Assembly: GCA_015257795.3 (NCBI GenBank) | Contig: CP072208.2 | Coordinates: 420,001-452,000, forward strand | Direction: 5' to 3' | Origin: Candidatus Nanogingivalaceae bacterium | Lineage (GTDB): Bacteria; Patescibacteriota; Saccharimonadia; Saccharimonadales; Saccharimonadaceae | DNA: 32,000 nucleotides | Part shown: in pieces, positions 24,343 through 31,446 of the stretch | Layout: the number at the start of each line of letters is the position of its first letter | Position numbering within the stretch: position 1 is the first letter of the stretch | The notes under the pieces: model-generated | Databases searched by the model: none | What the model was told of the DNA's origin: nothing | The model's input: only the letters and a program-made list of their open reading frames with translations | Made by a program: the position numbers and the translations under genes

Positions 24343-25785
24343 ATGAATGATAATAATAAAAAAAATCAGGATAACGGTCTAAGAATCCCTGAGCGAAAAA
24401 CACAAAACTCCCTTCTCGAGGGTCAAAATCGTGCCGCAATCGATTTTCGAAGACAGAAAGTCGAACAAATTTATAAAAAAGTTAATACCGAACAGCAAGC
24501 CGAAATCCAAAACCAGCAAGAAACTCAGGCGCCTGCAAAAATAAACCTTGCAGATTATTTGAAATCTCAAAAAAATACAGAAAATATCGAAAAACAACGA
24601 GAAGATTTAATAAAAAAATCAATTTCTGAAGTCTCACAGCCACTTCAATCAAAACCAAAAGCAGATTTTAACTCTGGCATTGGTCAAGAGACTGCTGATT
24701 TTAAATCAAGACAAAAAATAATTCAACCACTCCAAAATAAACAAGATATTATAAAAACTAACTCTTTCGAAAAACCTACCTACAAACCTCAACAATCTGT
24801 TCAAAACACATATCAAAATAATCAAAAGCAGCAAATGAGCGAACAGTGGAAGCGATATCATGCGGCTTGGCAAAATTATTATCAAAAATATTATGCAAAT
24901 TATTATTCTGCAGCCCTAGAGCAACAAAAAAAGAAAATTGCCAATATTCAACCAGAAGTTATAGAGGAGTTAACCGAAAGTCAAAAGAAAGAACGCGCTT
25001 TAGCTAAACTAAAAAAAGACATCTCAGCAAAAGCTCGTGAGCAAACTGATAAAATTCGCAAATCACGACATTTTGTGCCAATTTTCTCCGCAATCATTGT
25101 AGTGTTATTATTTATGTTCTTGCAGTACAACCGATTGATTTTTGCATCTGTTGAGGCTTATGTTGCACCTGGAAATTCTGATGCGGCACAAGTTATTTAT
25201 AGCCCAAATTCTACAAATTCAGTTAGCCAAGAGCCTAAGTTGATAATTCCTAAAATAAATGTTGACGTCCCTGTAGTTTATGGGGTTGGTAATGATAGCG
25301 CATCTCAACTTAAAGCGATGGAAAAAGGAGTTGCCCATTTTGCAATTCCTGGAGCGAATGCAGTTCCCGGAAAAAATGGAAACACGGTGTTAAGTGGTCA
25401 CTCAAGTAACGATCTTTTTGATACAGGAGATTATAAATTTATCTTTGCTCAGCTAGATAAGCTTCAAAAAGGAGACGTTATTTACGCCAACTATAATGGA
25501 GTTCGTTACACTTACAACGTTACAAGGTCTGAAGTCGTGCTTCCAAACCAAGTTAATCGCGTTCAAGTCGGAACAGACAAGCCTATGTTAACCTTGATAA
25601 CCTGCGTACCAATTGGAACCGCCGAAAAACGCCTTCTAGTATTTGCTGAACAAGTTTCTCCAGATCCAACAAAAGCAGAAGCAGCACCAAAAGAAGAGGG
25701 TCAGTCACAAAATTCAAACCAAACTTCACTCCCTCGAAATTCTCTAACATTTTTCGAAAAACTATTTAGCTGGAAGTGGAATTAA
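24343..25785 (+). CDS. Sortase-family transpeptidase with about 250-aa Q/N/K/Y-rich N-terminal region and one TM helix
   Basis: The track ORF (24136) overlaps tRNA-Leu, so I start at ATG 24343 (MNDNNKK). The catalytic blocks are GNTVLSGHSSN (His), MLTLITCVP (TLxTC Cys) and EKRLLVFAE (Arg). The TM helix is FVPIFSAIIVVLLFMFLQY. Confidence 0.8.
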   Translation: MNDNNKKNQDNGLRIPERKTQNSLLEGQNRAAIDFRRQKVEQIYKKVNTEQQAEIQNQQETQAPAKINLADYLKSQKNTENIEKQREDLIKKSISEVSQPLQSKPKADFNSGIGQETADFKSRQKIIQPLQNKQDIIKTNSFEKPTYKPQQSVQNTYQNNQKQQMSEQWKRYHAAWQNYYQKYYANYYSAALEQQKKKIANIQPEVIEELTESQKKERALAKLKKDISAKAREQTDKIRKSRHFVPIFSAIIVVLLFMFLQYNRLIFASVEAYVAPGNSDAAQVIYSPNSTNSVSQEPKLIIPKINVDVPVVYGVGNDSASQLKAMEKGVAHFAIPGANAVPGKNGNTVLSGHSSNDLFDTGDYKFIFAQLDKLQKGDVIYANYNGVRYTYNVTRSEVVLPNQVNRVQVGTDKPMLTLITCVPIGTAEKRLLVFAEQVSPDPTKAEAAPKEEGQSQNSNQTSLPRNSLTFFEKLFSWKWN

Positions 25786-25804
25786 TAGCCATATCTAGCT
25801 ACTC

Positions 25805-25833
25805 TTGCTTTATTTCTATTTTTGTGCTATAAT
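25805..25833 (+). promoter_or_regulatory. Putative promoter of the 102-aa gene
   Basis: TTGCTT (25805-25810), 17 nt ending in TGc, TATAAT (25828-25833). The leader carries GGGAGG before ATG 25866. Confidence 0.55.
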
Positions 25834-25865
25834 ATATTCATTCTTATATTAATGGGAGGCACGTT

Positions 25866-26174
25866 ATGGAAACACAACAAACTAAAAAAATAATTTCTGG
25901 CGATAGCTTTTCTACGTTTGTTAGAAATGCGAACAATAATCAACACCGCACTAGCCGCGGCTCGCATAAAAGCGGAGAGTACTTCGTAGTGACAGTCCTC
26001 CTAGAAGGATCTCACGACAGTTTTATTGTACCTACGGAGATAACTAAAATTGAAAAAAATTCATGCAAGTTTAGTGGCTGGATGTCTATCGATGGACATC
26101 GAATCAATGTTTCTGGCCAATATGACAGAAACTTTGAAAATAGCTTTGTTGAATATGTAGGTGACGCTGATTAG
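25866..26174 (+). CDS. Hypothetical protein (102 aa)
   Basis: The ORF has a strong Shine-Dalgarno, its own promoter and its own terminator. I recognise no motif. Confidence 0.55.
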   Translation: METQQTKKIISGDSFSTFVRNANNNQHRTSRGSHKSGEYFVVTVLLEGSHDSFIVPTEITKIEKNSCKFSGWMSIDGHRINVSGQYDRNFENSFVEYVGDAD

Positions 26175-26189
26175 TGTTTCAAATTTTTT

Positions 26190-26215
26190 AACGCTCAATT
26201 TTGGGCGTTTTTTCT
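26190..26215 (+). terminator. Intrinsic terminator
   Basis: AACGCTC (26190-26196) pairs with GGGCGTT (26203-26209), including one G-U pair, followed by a T-run. Confidence 0.6.
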
Positions 26216-26228
26216 TTACCTTTTTTAG

Positions 26229-26257
26229 TTGTAAAAACTTAAAAAATATGTTATACT
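26229..26257 (+). promoter_or_regulatory. Putative promoter of the lipid kinase gene, leaderless geometry
   Basis: TTGTAA (26229-26234), 17 nt, TATACT (26252-26257), 7 nt, ATG (26265). Confidence 0.5.
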
Positions 26258-26264
26258 AACACTT

Positions 26265-27209
26265 ATGAAAAAACATCTTATTCTCGTTATCAACCCTCGT
26301 TCGAGCGGTTTTGAATTGATTCGAGAAAAAATCCTCCCTTTTTTAGAAGATGCTCATTTCGAAAAAAATCAGCTTACAACTTTCGAAATCCAGCCGACTT
26401 CACCAATGGAAAATGTGCAGGAAATGGCCAAAGGGTTAAAAGATGGAGATATTATCCTTGTCGCTGGCGGTGATGGAACCGCCCACATTGCTACTAACGC
26501 CGCAGCACTCTCGGGAAAGAAAAACTTAAAAATAAAATTCACAGGCTTCGGTAATTTTAATGATTATGCTCACAGTTTTTCAAAAAATAGCGGAAAAGCC
26601 GCGATTGAGGCTTTCGAAAAACTTGAAGTCAAAGCTAAAATCCGCCCCATTGAATTAAAAATTAACGGATCTTTTTTTAGATATGCACCACTTTATGCAA
26701 CAATTGGCTTAACTGCAGAGATGGCCGAGATTTTTGAAGGTCGAAGAATTCGGAAAGTTTTGAAAAAAATCCACAATCGAAACATGCGCTTGATTCTCTC
26801 GCTTAGCGCTGCAACTCGCTTTTATTTCAAGCATTGTCGAAATCACGTTTTGAATATATCAGAAATTAAAGCCGACACAAATAAATTTGACAAAATTCCA
26901 CAAAACCCAACAGATATTGTTTTTATGAATGGTCCACGAATGGCTCGAATTATGCGTAGCTCCATAAATAAAACAGATGCTGACAATTTTGGGTTTGGGG
27001 TTTTAAATTCAGCAAGATTAATACAAAATTCTCCTTTTTTGCTTCGAGGAATTTTTGGAAAAATACCCTTAACCCGTAGAAAATCTATTAAAATTAATTT
27101 TAAAAATCCACAAGACATAACAATTCAAATTGAGGGTGAAGTTTGTAAAATCAAAAAAGTTAAAACAGTTGAAGCTAGCTTAAGTGAAAAAATAATAGAG
27201 GTTTTATAA
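26265..27209 (+). CDS. Diacylglycerol/lipid kinase catalytic-domain protein (DAGK/YegS-like)
   Basis: 314 aa. LILVINPRS followed by ILVAGGDGT is the DAGK_cat signature. Confidence 0.75.
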   Translation: MKKHLILVINPRSSGFELIREKILPFLEDAHFEKNQLTTFEIQPTSPMENVQEMAKGLKDGDIILVAGGDGTAHIATNAAALSGKKNLKIKFTGFGNFNDYAHSFSKNSGKAAIEAFEKLEVKAKIRPIELKINGSFFRYAPLYATIGLTAEMAEIFEGRRIRKVLKKIHNRNMRLILSLSAATRFYFKHCRNHVLNISEIKADTNKFDKIPQNPTDIVFMNGPRMARIMRSSINKTDADNFGFGVLNSARLIQNSPFLLRGIFGKIPLTRRKSIKINFKNPQDITIQIEGEVCKIKKVKTVEASLSEKIIEVL

Positions 27210-27210
27210 A

Positions 27211-28356
27211 ATGGATGAAATCGAATTAACAAAAAAATTAATCGAAATAGAAAGCGTTTCAGGCAATGAAACTAAAATTCTAGAGTTCATTGCCGATTTC
27301 TTGCAAAAAAAATCAGCAAAAGTGTGGCAAAATGAAGATTTTGTGGCAGGCCTTTTCAAGATTCGAAATTCCAAAGATCAAAATCTAAAAAATAATCGAG
27401 CAATTATTCTAACCGGTCATATCGATACTGTTTCTGCTGGAGACTTAAATGCTTGGGATAAATCACCTTGGCAAGCAATCGAAACGAGCGAAAAAATCAT
27501 CGGACTCGGCGCAAGCGATATGAAAGGCGGCTTAGCTGCTCAATTTATCGCGGCATTAGATTTTATTAAAGAAGGAAATTTTAAAAGCAATTTTGATCTC
27601 TGGCTTGTTGCAGTTTCAAATGAAGAAATTGATGGTCGTGGAAGTCGTAATTTTGTAAAATGGCTAAATCAACAATCTGGTTTTAGCTATAAAGAAACTT
27701 TTGGAATTATCGCTGAGCCAACAAACAATAAAAATATCGAAATCGGCCACCGTGGAAACAGATTTCTAACTTTAAAATTTACCGGAGAAAGTGGACATGC
27801 TTCACAACAAGAAAATTATCAAAAATCCGCACTTTCGAAAGCTTCAAGTTTCTTATTAAATATCGATGCTATTTTTAACAAATGGGTTGATAAATATTCA
27901 AATATCTATCTAAGGAAACCTAGTTTAGTCCCAACTTCTTTGAGCGCCGGAGATAAGCAAAGCCCCAACAAGACAGCAACCTCCGCCGAAATAGTCCTAG
28001 ATATACGAACGACACCAGAGCTTGACACGGATTTCGAAAACGCCTTTAATCTTCTAGCTAAAAAATATGGATTTTCCTGGAAATATCATAGCGATCCCGT
28101 ACCATCAACTCTTGTTTCAGAAAACTCAGCAGTTATTAAGAATATACTAAAATCTGCAGACCTAACAGAGTCATCGATCATGATTAGCCCTGGCGCAACA
28201 GACCAAGGAGAGTTTGTTAATGGTCTTAAAAATACTCAGGTAGTTGTTTTCGGGCCCGGCGAATGGGATGAAGCACATCATCAAAATGAATTTATCTATA
28301 AAGAAAAACTTTCAAAATACAAAATGGAAATAGTAGATTTTCTGAAAGAATTTTAA
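27211..28356 (+). CDS. M20-family metallopeptidase (ArgE/DapE-like deacylase)
   Basis: 381 aa with the blocks LTGHIDTV, GASDMKGG, VSNEEIDG and GHRG. The start lies 1 nt after the upstream stop. Confidence 0.8.
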   Translation: MDEIELTKKLIEIESVSGNETKILEFIADFLQKKSAKVWQNEDFVAGLFKIRNSKDQNLKNNRAIILTGHIDTVSAGDLNAWDKSPWQAIETSEKIIGLGASDMKGGLAAQFIAALDFIKEGNFKSNFDLWLVAVSNEEIDGRGSRNFVKWLNQQSGFSYKETFGIIAEPTNNKNIEIGHRGNRFLTLKFTGESGHASQQENYQKSALSKASSFLLNIDAIFNKWVDKYSNIYLRKPSLVPTSLSAGDKQSPNKTATSAEIVLDIRTTPELDTDFENAFNLLAKKYGFSWKYHSDPVPSTLVSENSAVIKNILKSADLTESSIMISPGATDQGEFVNGLKNTQVVVFGPGEWDEAHHQNEFIYKEKLSKYKMEIVDFLKEF

Positions 28357-28365
28357 TTAAAATCC

Positions 28366-28394
28366 TTGACTTAGTTAATATTTTTTGCTAAAAT
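28366..28394 (+). promoter_or_regulatory. Putative tRNA-Gly promoter
   Basis: TTGACT (28366-28371), 17 nt ending in TGc, TAAAAT (28389-28394). The tRNA 5' end lies 10 nt downstream. Confidence 0.6.
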
Positions 28395-28404
28395 ATTAAC
28401 ATAC

Positions 28405-28480
28405 GCGGGTTTAGCTCAGTTGTTAGAGCGCTTCCTTGCCATGGAAGAGGCCAGGAGTTAGAGTCTCCTAACCCGCACCA
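28405..28480 (+). tRNA. tRNA-Gly (anticodon GCC), 76 nt, CCA encoded, non-canonical elbow pair
   Basis: The sequence is GCGGGTTTAGCTCAGTTGTTAGAGCGCTTCCTTGCCATGGAAGAGGCCAGGAGTTAGAGTCTCCTAACCCGCACCA. It has a 7-bp acceptor stem and anticodon loop TTGCCAT. The D-loop is AGTTGTTA (usual AGTTGGTA) and the T-loop is TTAGAGT (usual TTCGAGT). Confidence 0.9.
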
Positions 28481-28498
28481 TATAATAGATTTTATTTC

Positions 28499-28525
28499 AT
28501 AAACCTTAAATAGGTTTATTTTTTA
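28499..28525 (+). terminator. Intrinsic terminator after tRNA-Gly
   Basis: ATAAACC (28499-28505) pairs with GGTTTAT (28513-28519), followed by TTTTTT. Confidence 0.65.
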
Positions 28526-28541
28526 TTATTCCTTAATAATC

Positions 28542-28565
28542 TAAAAGAGTAGCCTAGGCTACTCT
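28542..28565 (-). terminator. Perfect 20-bp palindrome acting as likely terminator of the 484-aa gene
   Basis: AGAGTAGCCTAGGCTACTCT (28546-28565) is self-complementary. It includes the TAG stop codon and is followed on the minus strand by TTTT. Confidence 0.55.
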
Positions 28566-30013
28566 TCTGTTGTCATATTCATTCGGTTTATCGAAAATGT
28601 ACCGTTATCATTTTTTATAAAAGTATAAATAAACTTATTATTTGCAGAAATTGTAAATGGAAAATCCGCCAACCCCTTCGATAAAACTTGCCGATTCATG
28701 CTATCAAAATCTGAAATTACCAGTTTACCTTCAGAATACCCCCCTAAAACAAAGTCATCAAGCCACTTAATTTCATCTCCGTCAACCGAAGTGTATGTGT
28801 AATTGTTACGAGTTTCAAGATCGTAAGAGTAAACACTATTACCTTTCTTTGCGATTAAGATCCTTGATTCACCATTAAGCTTTAAGTAGTCCGGCATAAA
28901 ACCAACATTCAACACTTTGATTAGCTGTAAGCCGTCCGACCAGCTCGCAGACTTATAAATATTAATTTTCGGCCCTTCAGCCACATAGAGATAACTTTCT
29001 CTATAATATCGTCCTATCGCAATCTTTGGTTGGTTTTTTAAACCGCTCGTCGTCTCATTATTTTTGTCGCCGCGCCTTACACCAACTGAAAATTCACCAT
29101 TTTTAACATTTTTTTGAATATATGCAATATTTTCCTTATCATAAATTTCAAAATCAACGATATTATTTAAAAATGCAGCAGAAATAGTATTATTCGAAAT
29201 ATTTATTTCCCGTAAGTCCGTTCCAGAAAGCCCAACAAACTTGTTAGCGTCATCACTTGAGGCCGCCAGCTTAGAAAAATCAAGATGAAACTTTTGAGTT
29301 AGATTTATAGATTCTGTAGGGTTTTCGAAATTTAAAATCAACCAATCAAGCTTTCCGCTATTATTAAAACTCACTATCGCCTTTTTGTTATCGTTAGAAA
29401 TCTTTGAAACCTTTAAATTATCTGCGATTTTATAAAAATTATCTTTTCCAGATGTTTCTGAAGTTTGATTATTTCGTTCGAAAATGTTTGAGTTAAAATT
29501 TAGTTTCGATATTTTTGGCTCTCGATCCGAAATATCGATTAGCCAAAATACAGCCTCGCTGTTTGAATCTTCTGATATGGCGAAAATCTTTTTCTTATCA
29601 GGAGCTACAAAAGCATTTTTTAAATTCGGAATATTTAAAAAACTTTTCTCTGTTATTTTTTTAGGAACTAAGCGCGCATAGTTTAACCACAAAATTTCAC
29701 CAACCCTAACTTCTGTTTGACGCCACCAAGTTTGATAGCCTTCTTTCCAGATTGAAAATTCGTGCCTTCCGGGTGTGGCTAAATTTTTCGTTGGTGTACC
29801 TTCTGGTAAGGGTTTTTTATCTATTTCTGAAATTGAATTTGGGATTGAAGAGTTAAACTGAACCAAACCAGTCCTCTGAACTTCAAATTTTTCATCGAGG
29901 CGCCAACCTTGAGTTAGAAAAATCAAAACAGAGACAACACCCAAAACCGTAGCCGTCATTATAAAATTTTTAAAGAAAACTATTGTATTTTCTTTTCTTC
30001 GAGATATTTTCAT
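28559..30013 (-). CDS. Membrane-anchored surface protein with PEGA-like domain and large beta-rich C-terminal region
   Basis: 484 aa with an N-terminal TM helix (MTATVLGVVSVLIFL). The segment PGRHEFSIWKEGYQTWWRQTEVRVGE resembles a PEGA domain. The remainder is repetitive beta-strand-like sequence. Confidence 0.6.
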   Translation of the reverse strand: MKISRRKENTIVFFKNFIMTATVLGVVSVLIFLTQGWRLDEKFEVQRTGLVQFNSSIPNSISEIDKKPLPEGTPTKNLATPGRHEFSIWKEGYQTWWRQTEVRVGEILWLNYARLVPKKITEKSFLNIPNLKNAFVAPDKKKIFAISEDSNSEAVFWLIDISDREPKISKLNFNSNIFERNNQTSETSGKDNFYKIADNLKVSKISNDNKKAIVSFNNSGKLDWLILNFENPTESINLTQKFHLDFSKLAASSDDANKFVGLSGTDLREINISNNTISAAFLNNIVDFEIYDKENIAYIQKNVKNGEFSVGVRRGDKNNETTSGLKNQPKIAIGRYYRESYLYVAEGPKINIYKSASWSDGLQLIKVLNVGFMPDYLKLNGESRILIAKKGNSVYSYDLETRNNYTYTSVDGDEIKWLDDFVLGGYSEGKLVISDFDSMNRQVLSKGLADFPFTISANNKFIYTFIKNDNGTFSINRMNMTTEE

Positions 30014-30023
30014 ACTATTCGTA

Positions 30024-30053
30024 ATTATAGCATATTTTAACCGTTGTTGGCAA
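30024..30053 (-). promoter_or_regulatory. Putative promoter of the 484-aa gene
   Basis: On the minus strand: TTGCCA (30048-30053), 18 nt ending in TGc, TATAAT (30024-30029), 10 nt, ATG (30011-30013). Confidence 0.5.
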
Positions 30054-30076
30054 ATTATTATTTTTCATAAAAGCAC

Positions 30077-30105
30077 TTGCTAAAGATTTTTTATGGTGCT
30101 AAAAT
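30077..30105 (+). promoter_or_regulatory. Putative eno promoter, leaderless geometry
   Basis: TTGCTA (30077-30082), 17 nt ending in TGc, TAAAAT (30100-30105), 6 nt, ATG (30112). Confidence 0.55.
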
Positions 30106-30111
30106 GGAAGT

Positions 30112-31389
30112 ATGGAATATATAATTAAAGATATCAAAGGACGACAAATTTTAGACTCCCGCGGCAATCCAACAGTTGAAGCGGATGTAATTTTAGAAAG
30201 CGGTGCTTTTGGCCGTGCAGCAGTTCCAAGCGGCGCATCAACAGGATCGGGTGAAGCTCTTGAACTTCGCGATGGCGATAAAGCTTTTGGTGGAAAATCA
30301 GTTTATAAGGCTGTTTCTGCTGTTAATAATCAGATTCGAGAAGCCTTGATCGGTAAAAATGCTGAGGATCAAGAAACTATCGATAAAATTATGATCGATC
30401 TTGACGGAACTGAAAATAAAGCTGGCCTAGGTGCAAATGCAATCCTTTCAGTATCTCTTGCAACAGCAAAAGCTGTAGCAAACGCGAAAGGTGTTGAACT
30501 TTGGCAATATATCGCCGAAAAAACTAACTCAACTCCAAATCTTCCACTTCCAATGATGAATGTCATGAATGGTGGTGCACACGCTGGATGGGCAACTGAT
30601 ATTCAGGAATATATGATTATGCCTGTTGGCGCTAAAGATATCTTCGAAGCCATTCAAATGGGTGCTGAGACTTTTCATGCTTTAGCAAAAGTCCTTAAAT
30701 CGAAAAACTACCCAACAACTGTTGGTGATGAAGGTGGTTATGCGCCAAGAGTTCAAAACGGAAATGAAGAACCTCTACAATTAATTTCTCAAGCTATCAA
30801 AGACGCCGGTTATGAACCAGGAAAAGATATCGCTTTCGCGTCAGACCCAGCATCAAGCGAATTCTACAAAGATGGAAAATATGATTTGAAAGCCAATGAT
30901 GCAGTTCTTTCTAGTGAAGAAATGATCGAATTCTATGAAGATTTAACTTCAAAATATCCTTTTGTTTCAATTGAAGATGGACTTGCTGAAAACGATTGGG
31001 ATGGATGGAAAGTTCTTACAGAACGTCTTGGCAAAAAAATCCAACTTGTTGGTGACGATTTAATGGTTACAAATTCAAAACTTCTCCAAAAATCAATCGA
31101 TTTAAATGTTGCGAATGCTATTCTTATTAAACCAAATCAAATTGGTTCTCTAACAGAAACTATTAATGCCGTAAAATTGGCTCAAAATAATGGCTACAAC
31201 ACTGTAATGAGTCACCGCTCAGGCGAAACAGAAGATGTAACAATCGCTCATTTGGCTGTCGGTTTAGGATGTGGACAAATTAAAACTGGATCTCTTTCAC
31301 GAACTGATCGTGTTGCAAAATACAATGAATTAATGCGAATCGCTGAAGCACATCCAGAACTAAAACTTGCGCAACCTTTTGAAAAATAG
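30112..31389 (+). CDS. eno: Enolase (phosphopyruvate hydratase)
   Basis: 425 aa with the blocks [23 protein letters not shown] and SHRSGETED. Confidence 0.97.
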   Translation: MEYIIKDIKGRQILDSRGNPTVEADVILESGAFGRAAVPSGASTGSGEALELRDGDKAFGGKSVYKAVSAVNNQIREALIGKNAEDQETIDKIMIDLDGTENKAGLGANAILSVSLATAKAVANAKGVELWQYIAEKTNSTPNLPLPMMNVMNGGAHAGWATDIQEYMIMPVGAKDIFEAIQMGAETFHALAKVLKSKNYPTTVGDEGGYAPRVQNGNEEPLQLISQAIKDAGYEPGKDIAFASDPASSEFYKDGKYDLKANDAVLSSEEMIEFYEDLTSKYPFVSIEDGLAENDWDGWKVLTERLGKKIQLVGDDLMVTNSKLLQKSIDLNVANAILIKPNQIGSLTETINAVKLAQNNGYNTVMSHRSGETEDVTIAHLAVGLGCGQIKTGSLSRTDRVAKYNELMRIAEAHPELKLAQPFEK

Positions 31390-31404
31390 CATACTATAAT
31401 GTAA

Positions 31405-31437
31405 ATAAAAAAATCTCCAAACTCTGGAGATTTTTTT
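31405..31437. terminator. Bidirectional intrinsic terminator (eno / dnaE convergent)
   Basis: ATCTCCA (31413-31419) pairs with TGGAGAT (31425-31431). It is flanked by an A-run upstream and a T7 run downstream. Confidence 0.75.
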
Positions 31438-31446
31438 ATTTACGAA

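Larger units (their letters stand above)
1382..29330. repeat. Dispersed iterated palindrome TTTCGAAA (about 30 copies) / TTCGAA (about 67 copies)
   Basis: Eye count through the whole window; coordinates are listed in the first finding. A tandem TTCGAATTCGAA lies at 16106-16117. Confidence 0.8.
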
